IMG/VR virus record: IMGVR_UViG_3300014590_000001
Location: 96,001-160,000 of that record
DNA: 64,000 nucleotides
Source of the DNA: a virus
Lineage: Duplodnaviria > Caudoviricetes
Strand: one strand, 5' to 3'
This document shows, piece after piece, positions 29,193 through 39,984 of the stretch; within the stretch, counting starts at the first letter, position 1, and each line of letters opens with the position of its first letter. The translations under genes and the position numbers were made by a program. A model generated the notes under the pieces. The model did no database searches and had not been told where the DNA came from. It saw only the letters and a program-made list of their open reading frames with translations.

Positions 29193-30668
29193 TTACTCAA
29201 GAACTTTCTTCCGCTTTTTCTTCTTCGACGTGCCTTTGTCTTCGTCACCTTCGAAAGCAGAATTAACAATCATACTTGCGCGACGATTAGGTTTCAGATC
29301 TGCGAGTTCCATCGGCTCACGTTTCTTCTTCCCAAATTTACCGCCACCTTTTCTGAATTGTTCTTTGTTATCTTCCGGAGACAACTCGCGAACTTCGCCG
29401 TCGCCGTCCAGTACCTGCATCTGTTTGAAGTTTTCTTTGAGCGGCATTTCAAACAGTTCACCGTCACGCGCTTTCGTTACCTGAATCGGCAGCACACCAG
29501 TTTCACGTACTTCCGGATCTGAGTAGTTCCAGATCCAAACAACGTCGGCGTGTTCCTGCATTGCGCGTGAATAACGAATCTTACCTGTCTCGCTATCAAG
29601 CTGAACCAGAATGATAATCAGTTTGCCGCTTTGTTGTGTCTGTACTTTCGCACGACGCACAACACTGCCTAAGTTCTTCCACTGATCACCATCATCAACA
29701 CCTTCCAACAGACCTACGTAATCCAACACGGTTACTTCTGCGTTGTATGCCGTCGCCATATACAGCACATCGTCAATCGACATGCCGCGATCCGGAGAAA
29801 CAAAACTGTTACGGCCTTTATTTTTACGCATTTGTTTGTCGTAAAGTTTTGCGGCCTTAAAGACTTGTTTCTTTTCTTTGGTTGAAAGTTTGTTCTGCTT
29901 AATCTTCCAGAATTCAACGCCGGAGATCATCGCAAGCATACGGTTCATTTCCTGTTCCTCTGTCATTTCAAGAGTTATCTTGAGACAGTGGATACCGTTT
30001 GCCCGTGACATTCGATCTGCGAGGTTCATACTGAAAACAGATTTACCGCCTGACGTAGACGCGCCGAGAATTACAACGCCCGTTGTTGGTAAACCTGCGT
30101 TCTTATCGTCATACGCTTTGTATCCTGTCTTATACAGAATTTCAGCAGGTGAGTTAAGAACTTTCTTCGCGAGTTTTAACGCGTTCGATTTCTTTCCACC
30201 GAAAGAGTGAACACGTTCGTTTGACGATCCACCTTTCGCCTGATTCAGTTTGTCGGCAAGCGTGAGCAGATAAGTATCTTCATCAAACTCTTCTTCGTCA
30301 CCTTCCAAATCTTTTGCGATACTGCGCCCAACCTGCATGATCGTTCTACGCTTACGATAACGCATTAACGGTTCGAGAATACGCTCAAAACCTTTCATGC
30401 TTTTCGCTGGCGCTTCTTCACTGCTTCGAAGTTCGTCGCGATAGTCGGCGTTCAGGTTCGGATCTTCCAGCAGGTCTTCCCAATCAAGCACCATCGCGCG
30501 GGATTCAAGCAAACGCGATATTCGTTTGTACGCTTTCTTTGTTACTTCGGAGCTGAACATATCCGGAGACAAACGACCGAGCATACTTACGCGATGGGCT
30601 TTTTTAATATCCGGACTAGTGACTGTCCGGAGCGCTTTAATCTCTAATGCCAGTGAGAAAAGTTCCAT
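29193..30668 (-). CDS. dnaB: Replicative DNA helicase, DnaB/SF4 family
   Basis: GASTSGGKS, TLEM, VLDYVGL, LVQL, HAD, KARDG. Confidence 0.92.
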   Translation of the reverse strand: MELFSLALEIKALRTVTSPDIKKAHRVSMLGRLSPDMFSSEVTKKAYKRISRLLESRAMVLDWEDLLEDPNLNADYRDELRSSEEAPAKSMKGFERILEPLMRYRKRRTIMQVGRSIAKDLEGDEEEFDEDTYLLTLADKLNQAKGGSSNERVHSFGGKKSNALKLAKKVLNSPAEILYKTGYKAYDDKNAGLPTTGVVILGASTSGGKSVFSMNLADRMSRANGIHCLKITLEMTEEQEMNRMLAMISGVEFWKIKQNKLSTKEKKQVFKAAKLYDKQMRKNKGRNSFVSPDRGMSIDDVLYMATAYNAEVTVLDYVGLLEGVDDGDQWKNLGSVVRRAKVQTQQSGKLIIILVQLDSETGKIRYSRAMQEHADVVWIWNYSDPEVRETGVLPIQVTKARDGELFEMPLKENFKQMQVLDGDGEVRELSPEDNKEQFRKGGGKFGKKKREPMELADLKPNRRASMIVNSAFEGDEDKGTSKKKKRKKVLE

Positions 30669-30676
30669 ATCAATTC

Positions 30677-31060
30677 CTACATCATTCGAATTACATGCGG
30701 ATATTTTTCTTCTACTTCAGCCAACCATTCCGCAATATTGTTTTCGCGAGCAGGACGCACTAAGCGATTTTTCTTTTCACGATCCATGAACATATCAACG
30801 GCACGAAATGCGAACGGGCTTTTGAGCACCGCAACAGCCGCCTGAATATCGTCACGATTATATGCGTACTTAATATTGATATCGTGAACGAGGCGACTGA
30901 GTTGCATCACGTTTGATTTTTGAATTGTTTGGTAAACCACATAACAGAGCGCACGTTTATATTCCGGATCTAACGTGCGAGGGAACAAAGAGAAAGCAGA
31001 TTTTTCAAGTTCGGAATCAATGCAGCTATACATTTGTACCTCATGCAATCTGTAACGCAC
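30677..31060 (-). CDS. Hypothetical protein
   Basis: 127-aa ORF in operon. Confidence 0.7.
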   Translation of the reverse strand: MRYRLHEVQMYSCIDSELEKSAFSLFPRTLDPEYKRALCYVVYQTIQKSNVMQLSRLVHDINIKYAYNRDDIQAAVAVLKSPFAFRAVDMFMDREKKNRLVRPARENNIAEWLAEVEEKYPHVIRMM

Positions 31061-32174
31061 TGCGCAGAGAGTTAAGGCCAGCTTCTACTGCCTCCACGGA
31101 AACGTCCAGCCACTTCGCCAGCACCTTGCGCACAGTTGCGATTGGTTTTGCGACAAGCCATTCTGTTCCGTTACTCAAGCGTTTGCCAAGTAAATTGTTT
31201 TGCGACAGATATTCTGAGAATCCATGATCTTCGCGTCCGAGAACAACACTGTAAAGTTTACCGCGCTTCTTGTCGCCGTTCTTATCCAACAGGCGATCAA
31301 TAGCAATTCGAGTTTCCAGTTGTTCAACAGGAGTTGTTGATGGTTCTGCGAGATCTTCGTAAGTACGTTCGTTATCAGAATCGCCCAAACCGATATTCTG
31401 GTTGAGTTGGTTGTCTGACATAACGATCAGTTCGAATCCATCCCCTGACTTCTGCATACGCTTGCGCTTGTCAGCAGAGTAGAAGTGGTTCATGTTATTA
31501 ATTATATTTTCCAGCGAGCGGCGCAGATAATTCAATTGATGTTGGAAACTGTACGCGTTCGGCAGACTTGAGTAATAACTCACGATCAGTTTGCACGTTA
31601 CATCACACACCAGATCCTGAGCAGGAATGTTGTGCGACTTCATAACCCAACGTAATTGTTTCTTCACGCGCCCTGCAATGTTCTTATTCAACACCGCAGT
31701 CAGTTCGTTAATCTGAGCCATGCGCGTTGCAAGTTCGTGGTGATTGACTTGCTTTGCACACAACGTTTTGTGTTTTGCTTTCGCAGTCTTCAGCAGCATT
31801 TTACGGCAGCGAATATCTGCAAGCATCAGCTTCCAAATCTGAATTGCATCAGAGCGGAGCACACCGAATTTTTTATACGAGAGGACGACACCCTTGAGAT
31901 CATCTTTCTTCGCGAGGCAAATCGAAAGAGCGTAAAAACGAATGTTCGTGACAAAACGACAAATCGAACCAACGTCCAGACGGAAATCAGCAGCAGAAAA
32001 ATCAAACTCTTTGAAGTCAACATACTTCTGTAAGATCGAATGGTAGTCTGCAATAGATTTAAATCCACACGCGAGGTAGCGCACAGTTGCGGCATACACT
32101 ACGCGGAAAGCAGCGGAATTCCGTTTGAGTAGAAGTTTGGTTTCAATATATTTTGACAAAGAATTGCGTTTCAC
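31041..32174 (-). CDS. Putative phage RNA polymerase sigma-factor-like protein
   Basis: Region-2-like AQDLVCDVTCKL...NYLRRSLENIINN and region-4-like HTH LAKWLDVSVEAVEAGLNSLRSAL; GGAG RBS with GTG start at 32174. Confidence 0.55.
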   Translation of the reverse strand: MKRNSLSKYIETKLLLKRNSAAFRVVYAATVRYLACGFKSIADYHSILQKYVDFKEFDFSAADFRLDVGSICRFVTNIRFYALSICLAKKDDLKGVVLSYKKFGVLRSDAIQIWKLMLADIRCRKMLLKTAKAKHKTLCAKQVNHHELATRMAQINELTAVLNKNIAGRVKKQLRWVMKSHNIPAQDLVCDVTCKLIVSYYSSLPNAYSFQHQLNYLRRSLENIINNMNHFYSADKRKRMQKSGDGFELIVMSDNQLNQNIGLGDSDNERTYEDLAEPSTTPVEQLETRIAIDRLLDKNGDKKRGKLYSVVLGREDHGFSEYLSQNNLLGKRLSNGTEWLVAKPIATVRKVLAKWLDVSVEAVEAGLNSLRSALQIA

Positions 32175-32250
32175 TAAAAACTCCGAATTGTTGTACACAG
32201 TAGTTTGAAATAAAATCAAATAGAACAAAACTGAAAAATGTCTTTCTTGA

Positions 32251-33147
32251 TTACATGTCGCCCATTTCAATCGGCCCACGCATCTTAGGTTTCTTCTTCA
32301 CTTTAGCTTTCGGTTTTACTTTCTTACTTTTGTGAGCAGGTTTCTGGTATTGGTCTTCGCCAAGTTCCAGAGCGCCGTCTTCATCTTCGGAGAATGCCCC
32401 TAACAATCCTCCGTTGTCGATCATACTCACAAGGTCTACTAACGTGTTCGAGCGGCGTTTCTTCTTACCACCTTTGCCCTTCACGATATCATCCATGTTC
32501 GGTACAGTGAATCCATCCAGAAGAGTTGGAACTTTAAACTTCACATCTTCTTCAGGCAGGTAACGCTTGCTTGTCGGAATCTCGCGTTCCGGATCGTTGA
32601 TACGTCCTTCGGCTTTCATCTTTTTCGACAGCGATTTGAATTCTGATTTCGAATACAGCGACGGGCCAGCCAATCCAGTGTTCGGATAAGTCAGCACGAT
32701 GTTTCCGGTTTCAGAAATCAAACGAACTTCTTTGTCATCCATATCCAGAATACGCGCAGCCATAAAGTTGTTCATGTAGTTACGCGATTCTCGACCACGA
32801 TAACGAACGAACACAGGTTGCCCCATCTTCACGCCTTGCTTACGGGTACGGCTTTCTGACAACAACATGCCAGCAATAATGCGCAGATCTTTTTCTTCCA
32901 TTCCGCCAAACAACTGGAACAGCGCAACCAAACCATCACCGCCTGTTTCCATCAATTCTTTCAAATCGTAAGTGTTCGTGCGGAAGTGCTTACACATTTT
33001 ACTATCTTCGAGTTTACCTAAACTTTCACAGGGCTTAGTCGAAGCTGGAATTAAAACGTCACGAGTGAGGCCGCGGCAATCACCACAAGTTACGGTTGTT
33101 TTTACCAGTTCTTTCAGATCCACGGTGCGAAGATTTTTCTTGCTCAT
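32251..33147 (-). CDS. Hypothetical protein with N-terminal Cys cluster and Lys-rich tail
   Basis: CGDC...C...C; KSKKVKPKAKVKKKPK. Confidence 0.75.
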   Translation of the reverse strand: MSKKNLRTVDLKELVKTTVTCGDCRGLTRDVLIPASTKPCESLGKLEDSKMCKHFRTNTYDLKELMETGGDGLVALFQLFGGMEEKDLRIIAGMLLSESRTRKQGVKMGQPVFVRYRGRESRNYMNNFMAARILDMDDKEVRLISETGNIVLTYPNTGLAGPSLYSKSEFKSLSKKMKAEGRINDPEREIPTSKRYLPEEDVKFKVPTLLDGFTVPNMDDIVKGKGGKKKRRSNTLVDLVSMIDNGGLLGAFSEDEDGALELGEDQYQKPAHKSKKVKPKAKVKKKPKMRGPIEMGDM

Positions 33148-33622
33148 TATTTTTCAAGCCTTTTCTGATCAGAGTATATTCAATACAAAAGCGAAGAACT
33201 TGCGACATAGAAGTTATGCCCGGCGAGTCACGCTTTAGCAATTCAAGGGCGTATCTTGTTTCTGCATCTACTGTAATGCTAGGAAGCAATATTGTTTTTT
33301 GTGATGGATCTATTTGAGGAACTAACATTGCGTTAACTAAAATACCTAGCCACACTTCTGCATTACGTTCCGCGTTCGGGTCATCCCAAAATTCACCTAC
33401 GGGTTGTTTTCTCTTTCCGTTTAATCTGCTAACGGTCGCACTAGCTTTCGCATGTAGCGCCGTATGGCAATTTCCATCTAACGGAATCTGGAGACTGTCC
33501 TTGCCTCCGAGCGACTGAGGAATCGTATGGTGCCAGTGTATCGCTTTCGTGAACAAACCACAAATGCAACACCGGATTAATCCGTTACGTTCTTCAGCAA
33601 ACAATTTATTTTCAGCGGCCAT
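33080..33622 (-). CDS. HNH endonuclease with C-terminal ribbon-helix-helix-like segment
   Basis: CCICG...HWHHTIPQSLGG...GNCHTALH; SITVDAETRYALELLK...SMSQVLRFCI. Confidence 0.75.
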   Translation of the reverse strand: MAAENKLFAEERNGLIRCCICGLFTKAIHWHHTIPQSLGGKDSLQIPLDGNCHTALHAKASATVSRLNGKRKQPVGEFWDDPNAERNAEVWLGILVNAMLVPQIDPSQKTILLPSITVDAETRYALELLKRDSPGITSMSQVLRFCIEYTLIRKGLKNNEQEKSSHRGSERTGKNNRNLW

Positions 33623-34835
33623 TTGACCACGGAAGGAACCACGTTTCCAATTTGGTATCCCCGTTCGTAAGTTTTAAAAGCATTTTGATTGTGGGCTTAG
33701 GCATCAGCCACAACGCGTACACATCGCTATCTGCCATAACGCCTGTCATGGGTTTCGTTGTGAACAATCCGTAGTCTGAACTTGCTTTCGCGTTGAGGCT
33801 TTCCAGAATCGGAGCCGCATAGTTCAGGATACTGATTTCCGTTGTGTTCTGGATTTGCCGTTGCACACGCGCCGTTGAATTGTGACTCTTAACGCGCTCG
33901 TTAAGTTCATCAATTTTTGCACTCAATTCAGAAATATTCTTTTCTGTTTTTGTAATGCGTTTCTCAATCGCTTTCTTGAGGTGTACGCTTGAAACTCCTT
34001 CCAGATTAATTTGCATTGCCCGTAGCTCACGGCGTTCAGAGTTCCGACGCTTTTGCAGATCGGTTCGCTCTTTGTTTACGCCGCCACTCTTAAAACGTTT
34101 CGCGGTGTCTTCAGAATTCTCCAGCGCATCGCTCATGCGGAAAAACATTACAAGCTGTTCTTCCAGTACCATTCCGAGATCGGATGAAGGTGCTGAATGA
34201 AGTCCAGCGTTGTGAACTTTAAATCCAAGCGCAGCGAGATTATCCGGATTCATCGCAAACGATCCGAACCGCGCCATGACAGGCAGAGCGACTAAATGCA
34301 GAGCGCCATTTAGTTTCTTTGGAACCTTGTGCGAGTGTGTTGCAAACATCTGGTCTAACAGTCGGGAAGTTTTTGACGAGGCCGCACGTTCACGCGCTTC
34401 ACGTCGAGAGATTGCACGGTCTTCCGGATCGCTGTTCTCGTCTTCAGGCAAATACGTCAACGCTTTGGTGGCGTCTTTGCGAATGCCTTTTAAGTTTTCC
34501 AGTACAGAGGAAATCTTACGGAGAAATACCGGACGCTGAATAGATTTGTCTTCCAGCATCGTAGCCAGCGATACGCAAGTTGTAAGTGCAGCAGTGAAAC
34601 CGCTCTTACATTCGAGCACATCAGGATAGGATTTATAGACGCTGCTACGCAATTCCTTAATCGTCTTCGCTGAGTCTGTATCGGCTTCGCGGAGCGCACC
34701 AACAACATCAGAGCGTTTGAGTAAGGAACCGTTTTTGATCAGTTGTAATGCTTCAATAACTTCATCAATACGGTTGCGCAGAGCAACAACAGGAGAGTTC
34801 ATTATAACCTCGTTTTCGAGAGTGAGAGCCATCAT
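33612..34835 (-). CDS. Hypothetical coiled-coil protein
   Basis: About 407-aa ORF with a heptad-rich segment; start uncertain. Confidence 0.7.
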   Translation of the reverse strand: MMALTLENEVIMNSPVVALRNRIDEVIEALQLIKNGSLLKRSDVVGALREADTDSAKTIKELRSSVYKSYPDVLECKSGFTAALTTCVSLATMLEDKSIQRPVFLRKISSVLENLKGIRKDATKALTYLPEDENSDPEDRAISRREARERAASSKTSRLLDQMFATHSHKVPKKLNGALHLVALPVMARFGSFAMNPDNLAALGFKVHNAGLHSAPSSDLGMVLEEQLVMFFRMSDALENSEDTAKRFKSGGVNKERTDLQKRRNSERRELRAMQINLEGVSSVHLKKAIEKRITKTEKNISELSAKIDELNERVKSHNSTARVQRQIQNTTEISILNYAAPILESLNAKASSDYGLFTTKPMTGVMADSDVYALWLMPKPTIKMLLKLTNGDTKLETWFLPWSNGR

Positions 34836-34863
34836 CGACTCTAAGTGCTTTCGCACAGAAAAG

Positions 34864-34948
34864 GAAATCTGTATACAGTTACCAATTACTATATATTTAC
34901 AGTATTAGGAATATTCCGAGTATACAGATTTCAATTAGTATTTACAGT
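34864..34948. promoter_or_regulatory. AT-rich element with 13-bp inverted repeat and two CTGTAAATA motifs
   Basis: GAAATCTGTATAC (34864-34876) / GTATACAGATTTC (34920-34932); TATTTACAGT at 34894 and 34939. Confidence 0.6.
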
Positions 34949-36612
34949 TTTCCGTAGCCAAGATTTGGCTTGTTGGCATCCGGATTTTTCAAATATTTCT
35001 GGACGCGATCCAGAGTATCTTTCGCCGCATATTTCCCAGGCGATTTCAACCCTTTCTGCCAGCCAGCAATATCTGCTTTCAGCGCTTTGATTTTCGTTAC
35101 CAGATCGGCACGTTCCAGCGTTGCCAGTTTACGCACCTGACGATCCAGAATAATCTTCGCATCTTCAACAGGCAACTTGATCGCTTTCGCCAGTGCTGCA
35201 TCCGGTTCCTTTGAAGCGAGAACTTTAGGCAGCGCTTTCAGAAGTTTGTCTTTGTTGTCTACCGCGTACAAATAAACTTCCTGCAAATGAAGTTCTTTCT
35301 GAGCACGTTCGATCAACCAATCCAACATTCTGATTTCGAGTTTCTTGCGATACGTTACCCACGCTTTGAAATACGAAAGATAGTCGAGATATTTAAAGCT
35401 GTTCGGTTTCCCATCGTGACGAACGGTTACGCCGAGAATGTACGAAACTGATTTGGTTGTCAGCTTCTGAACTTCCTGCGCAATCTCGTAGAAACGATCT
35501 TCGTCTACACCACGACCGACAACAACTTCAACAGCACAGCCATACGTGCCAGCGTCTTTGTTACGCTCGCCGCCGTTACTATGCGCCTGAGATACGCCCT
35601 GAATGACTGCGAACTTCTCAATCATTTTGGCAACACCATCTTCAGACGCGAAACCTAACGGCACGAAAGTTTGCACAACGATCAGTTTGCGTTTCCAATC
35701 GAGCAACATTTGCGGTTCGTAAGTTACCTTGCCGCGACCTGTACGCATCAGACCTAACATTTCAGCGTTGCTTGTAATGTTCTTACAACCAAACTCATGC
35801 TGAATAACTAACGTCTTCGCCAGTTTCTTGTGATCGTATTCCTCGCCGTTCAGCATATCGATCACAACTTTCGCTACGCTCGCAAAAGTAAACGTTGGGT
35901 TTCCGCACTTCACGCCATAAGCAGGAGCAGGAACCGTTCCGTTCAACAGCATATAAGGTAACAGCGCCGGAAGATACAGCGGCAGTTTGAGATCGTTTGA
36001 GAAGTTATTCACCATCGGCACAACTTGCAGATAGTTTTTATCGAGCAAGAATTGCTGAGTGAACTTACTCATTTTCGCTTCGGTGTAACGCATCGCAGCG
36101 TGACTATCCGTAGGCGTACCCCAATTGCCTTGACCGTCTACAGCAGGAGGAACCGTGTTCGCTACCGTTACCATCGCATCATAGCAAGCCTGATCGCCGT
36201 GCGGGTGATATTTACCGAGAGCGTCACCAACAACACGCGCTGATTTTTTGTGACCACCAGACGGACTCAAATTCAAATCCGACATTGCCCAAATGATCGA
36301 ACGGTGAACAGGCTTCAGACCATCACGGAAATCTGGAATCGCACGTTCTTCAACTACGTAACTACCGTAAATGAAAAGTGCGTTCTCCGTGTGTTCTGCC
36401 AAACCTTGATCGCGAACGTTTGCCATGTTCTGACCAGCAAGCGGATAACGGCTTTCAACCATTGCGCCTTTCGCTTTGATATCGACCTTTTTCTTTTTCG
36501 CGATCTTCACATCGGCAAGTTCAACACCAGCTTTTTTCTTTGCGACAGCTTTTGTTTTCGGTTTCACTTTTTCTTTCGTGACAACCTTTGCAACTTTCTT
36601 TGGCTTAATCAT
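34942..36612 (-). CDS. gyrA: Type IIA topoisomerase subunit A (GyrA/ParC-like, no C-terminal pinwheel domain)
   Basis: [37 protein letters not shown] (catalytic Tyr). Confidence 0.93.
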   Translation of the reverse strand: MIKPKKVAKVVTKEKVKPKTKAVAKKKAGVELADVKIAKKKKVDIKAKGAMVESRYPLAGQNMANVRDQGLAEHTENALFIYGSYVVEERAIPDFRDGLKPVHRSIIWAMSDLNLSPSGGHKKSARVVGDALGKYHPHGDQACYDAMVTVANTVPPAVDGQGNWGTPTDSHAAMRYTEAKMSKFTQQFLLDKNYLQVVPMVNNFSNDLKLPLYLPALLPYMLLNGTVPAPAYGVKCGNPTFTFASVAKVVIDMLNGEEYDHKKLAKTLVIQHEFGCKNITSNAEMLGLMRTGRGKVTYEPQMLLDWKRKLIVVQTFVPLGFASEDGVAKMIEKFAVIQGVSQAHSNGGERNKDAGTYGCAVEVVVGRGVDEDRFYEIAQEVQKLTTKSVSYILGVTVRHDGKPNSFKYLDYLSYFKAWVTYRKKLEIRMLDWLIERAQKELHLQEVYLYAVDNKDKLLKALPKVLASKEPDAALAKAIKLPVEDAKIILDRQVRKLATLERADLVTKIKALKADIAGWQKGLKSPGKYAAKDTLDRVQKYLKNPDANKPNLGYGKL

Positions 36613-38675
36613 TCTGCGTCATCCGCTAATATTTCGTTCAGGCCGAGCAGACGGCGACGATAAACTGCGTCCTCTGCAACAACACCACGGAAGAAACGTT
36701 CTTGTTCAACATTCGCAAATGGGTTAATGCGAATCAGACGGCGAGTGTTTGGATCGAATGCAATCGCACGTAGCACATCAGGGTTAACTTCTCCCCATCC
36801 TTTCGCACGAACGATTTCGCTATTCTTCACAGCAGCCGGAGCAATAGCGCGACATTCTTCAAACGTCATACCGCCATAGTGTTTGCCTTTGTGCATCACG
36901 TTATACAGCGGCGCATCAACAACCCACACACGACCTTCCTTCATCAGATCCGGAAGCAGACGATAAATCACAGCGAGGAACAATGTCACGATATGACTAC
37001 CATCCGGATCGGCATCCATCAGGAACAACAGATTTCCGATACGCAATTTTTCCGTACTGAGAATTGGATTCTCCGCTTTTGGATCTAACGTTTTTAAATC
37101 TGCGCCGATACTAATCAGCAAACCCTGAACCTGTTTGTGTGTCAGCACTTTTGCCAGTGCAGCTTTCAAACCGTTGAGAGGTTTACCGCCAGCTTTCATG
37201 ATCTCTTGATAAGAAGGATCACGCGCATTCTTACCAGTACCACCTGCGGAGTCACCTTCCACCACAACCAGTTCGCGCTCATGCGGTTTACAGCGTGGCG
37301 CAGCTTCGAGGAATGACGGCAGAGAGTTACCAGCAACTTTCTTTTTCGTGTCTGCCATTGAACGAATAACAGCGCTCAATTCATCACGGCCTTTCATCAT
37401 CGCTTCTGCGCGTTTGATGATTTTCTTCGCGAGAGTTTTATTCTTGTTGAAGAATTCAGTCAGCGGTTTTTCTACAATCGCCTGAACTTCTTTTTCAACG
37501 CGGCTCGCAAGTTTATCTTTTACCTGCGACGTATATTGTGCGCCGTGCATACGCCAATCGAACAGACCAACAGCGCCCACCAGCAAATCGCTTGCCGTAA
37601 ACGTCTTGCCGCCTTTCTTCGGCTTCGGCATGTGCGGCTTCAGTGCGGCTTCGAGAGCGCTACGGAAACCAGTTACGTGCCAGCCATGATCCAGCGTAGG
37701 CGATGTGTTAACGAACGTGCGCAGCAAATCGGTATCAGGATAATCAGCCCAACTGATCGCCAGAGAAACGTAATCGGTTTTCAGTTCGAACGGCTTGCCG
37801 TCCAAAACTAATTCACGTTCTTCTGCAATACGTTTGATAACATCGCTCATTGTTTTCTTGTTCAGATAAACAGTGCGCTTGCCTTTCTTATCTTTGATAT
37901 GCGTGAAGCGAATCTCTAATCCTGGGTTCAGGTCAGACATTGCTTGCAGCCAATCGCGAGTACGCGCAACATTAAGTTTCGCGTGAACGTAATCCTTCGG
38001 AAGTTTTTTACCACGACGCGCATCGACACTCACAACAGTTTGGTCAAGCGTCCACGCAACAATCGTTCCGTATTTTTTGGCAGGATCTTGCAGCGTCTTC
38101 ATAACGTCTGCATCGACTTCCCAATTCTTAATCGGCGTAACGCATTCGCCTTTAGAATATTCCATGCCCTTCGTTTTCTTTTCGAAGTTAGACCACACAC
38201 GAATTCTTTCTGACACGGCGTTAACAGCAGTAACACCAACACCGTGAGTACCAGCAGAAGTTTTGTATGCGGAGTTATCAAACTTGCCACCAGCGTGAAC
38301 ACGCGTAAATGCGGAAGTCATGATCGCTTCGGAAGATCCATCGTAAATCTTTTTAACGGTTGTCGGAATACCGCCAGCGCCATCAGCGACGATATAAATA
38401 TCTTTGTCTTCGTTGAAAACAACTTCGATTAATTTATTTCGTCCTGCTACTGCTTCGTCGTATGCGTTGTCTGCAACTTCTTTAACAGCGCGATACGCCA
38501 TATCTTCGCCCGGCTCGCCAAGATACATGCCTGGGTTTTTACGCAGACCTTCCATTGCTGAAAGTGCGGTGAATCCGTCTTGAGCATTTTTCTTGCTCTT
38601 AACTTCTTTCGCTACAGCTTTCGCAACAGGTTTTACTTTTGCTACTGCTTTGAGTTTTGCGGCAGGTTTTGCCAT
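36609..38675 (-). CDS. gyrB: Type IIA topoisomerase subunit B (GyrB/ParE-like)
   Basis: [52 protein letters not shown]. Confidence 0.95.
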   Translation of the reverse strand: MAKPAAKLKAVAKVKPVAKAVAKEVKSKKNAQDGFTALSAMEGLRKNPGMYLGEPGEDMAYRAVKEVADNAYDEAVAGRNKLIEVVFNEDKDIYIVADGAGGIPTTVKKIYDGSSEAIMTSAFTRVHAGGKFDNSAYKTSAGTHGVGVTAVNAVSERIRVWSNFEKKTKGMEYSKGECVTPIKNWEVDADVMKTLQDPAKKYGTIVAWTLDQTVVSVDARRGKKLPKDYVHAKLNVARTRDWLQAMSDLNPGLEIRFTHIKDKKGKRTVYLNKKTMSDVIKRIAEERELVLDGKPFELKTDYVSLAISWADYPDTDLLRTFVNTSPTLDHGWHVTGFRSALEAALKPHMPKPKKGGKTFTASDLLVGAVGLFDWRMHGAQYTSQVKDKLASRVEKEVQAIVEKPLTEFFNKNKTLAKKIIKRAEAMMKGRDELSAVIRSMADTKKKVAGNSLPSFLEAAPRCKPHERELVVVEGDSAGGTGKNARDPSYQEIMKAGGKPLNGLKAALAKVLTHKQVQGLLISIGADLKTLDPKAENPILSTEKLRIGNLLFLMDADPDGSHIVTLFLAVIYRLLPDLMKEGRVWVVDAPLYNVMHKGKHYGGMTFEECRAIAPAAVKNSEIVRAKGWGEVNPDVLRAIAFDPNTRRLIRINPFANVEQERFFRGVVAEDAVYRRRLLGLNEILADDAE

Positions 38676-38733
38676 GATGCTTCTCCTAACGTGTTCCCTC
38701 ACACGTCAATTAGACCCCATATCCAGCCAGCAT

Positions 38734-38789
38734 ATTCTAATACAAAAGTATTAGATAAGCCATCGACATTTTGGACACAGATTTGCAGA
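38734..38789 (-). promoter_or_regulatory. Box-type promoter 1 (upstream of gyrB)
   Basis: TCTGCAAATCTGTGTCCAAAA-N6-TGGCTT-N17-TAGAAT. Confidence 0.8.
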
Positions 38790-38829
38790 GTTGGTCAAAT
38801 TTTAACCAGTGCAGCTTAGTTGACTATAA

Positions 38830-39171
38830 TCAGTCTTGAATCACCGTAGCGTCAATCAGAGTGCGGTAGCTGGCCTCGTCTACCTCGTTAACGTCGATAG
38901 GGAACGCAGCAGGATTATCAGAGTCACACCACGCCTGAATATCAGAAACGAATTCACCGTACTTGATCATTTCAACGCCATCCATTTCAGACAGCAGTTT
39001 GATTTCGTGAGCGTTGCGAGAATCAATTACGCTCGTGCGAATTGAACGAATGGTATGATCGAAAAAGCAGATTGCGAACTTAGTATTTGAAATTCTAATA
39101 GCGCGAAAAATTTCTTTGCTGAGTTGCGTTGCTTCTTCTTCGTGTTTCTTAAAACGTTCGTGAAGATTCAT
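38830..39171 (-). CDS. Hypothetical protein
   Basis: 113-aa ORF. Confidence 0.7.
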   Translation of the reverse strand: MNLHERFKKHEEEATQLSKEIFRAIRISNTKFAICFFDHTIRSIRTSVIDSRNAHEIKLLSEMDGVEMIKYGEFVSDIQAWCDSDNPAAFPIDVNEVDEASYRTLIDATVIQD

Positions 39172-39205
39172 TTAGGAACCTGAGTGAGAATTTGGACTAG
39201 AAACG

Positions 39206-39239
39206 AAAAACGGGCTAGAGATATTAATCCCTAACCCGT
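39206..39239 (-). terminator. Intrinsic terminator
   Basis: ACGGGTTAGGG...TCTAGCCCG-TTTTT. Confidence 0.75.
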
Positions 39240-39277
39240 AAAAGTTAATCAGCGTTTGGGAACTTCGAAACTAGTTC

Positions 39278-39808
39278 TTAGTTGTCCAGTTCGAATTCAA
39301 AGTCGCCTTTGCCTTTTTTCTTGGACTTTTTATCGCCCTTCACTTTCTTGTCAGCTTTCGCTGGCTTGTCAGCTTTTGCTTTCTTACCAGCTTTCGCAGG
39401 TTTTTCTTCAGCGGCTTTCTTGCCAGCTTTTTTGTCAGCCTTAGCTGGCTTTTCAGCTTTCTCTGCTTTGGCTTTCTTACCAGCCTTAGCAGGTTTTTCT
39501 TCAGCAGCTTTCGCTTTCTTACCAGCTTTCGCAGGTTTTTCTTCAGCAGCTTTTTTGCCTTTAGCCGGAGCAGCTTTGTCAGCCTTAGCAGCTTTTGCTT
39601 TCGGTTCAGCTTTTGCTTTAGCGGCTTTAGCCGGAGCAGCTTCGCCGTTGTTTTGCAGAGCTTCTACCTGAGCGGCCAGAGAAGCGCGACGTTCAGCCAG
39701 CTTAGACTGTTCACCGGAGATCTGTTCAGCAGTTTTGCCGAGATTCTTTTCAGATTTTTCAATCGCGCGGATTTCTTTGTTCAGAGCGGAGATAACTTTC
39801 TTAGACAT
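39278..39808 (-). CDS. Histone H1-like Lys/Ala/Pro-rich protein with N-terminal coiled coil
   Basis: Repeated KAAEEKPAKAGKKAKA units; GAGG RBS at MSKKVIS. Confidence 0.8.
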   Translation of the reverse strand: MSKKVISALNKEIRAIEKSEKNLGKTAEQISGEQSKLAERRASLAAQVEALQNNGEAAPAKAAKAKAEPKAKAAKADKAAPAKGKKAAEEKPAKAGKKAKAAEEKPAKAGKKAKAEKAEKPAKADKKAGKKAAEEKPAKAGKKAKADKPAKADKKVKGDKKSKKKGKGDFEFELDN

Positions 39809-39984
39809 AATAACCTCTATCAAAATAAATGTTCGTTGTGGAAAAACAGAAATCGTTTCTGCGTAGAAGTACATTAGCATGTTCAATGTACTTCTCGCAA
39901 TTTTTCTTCAAAGATTTTCGAAGAATTTTTTGGCCTGAGCTTAGTCCTAAAACCTATCAGGCCGCGCCACCGTCAGATGATTAC

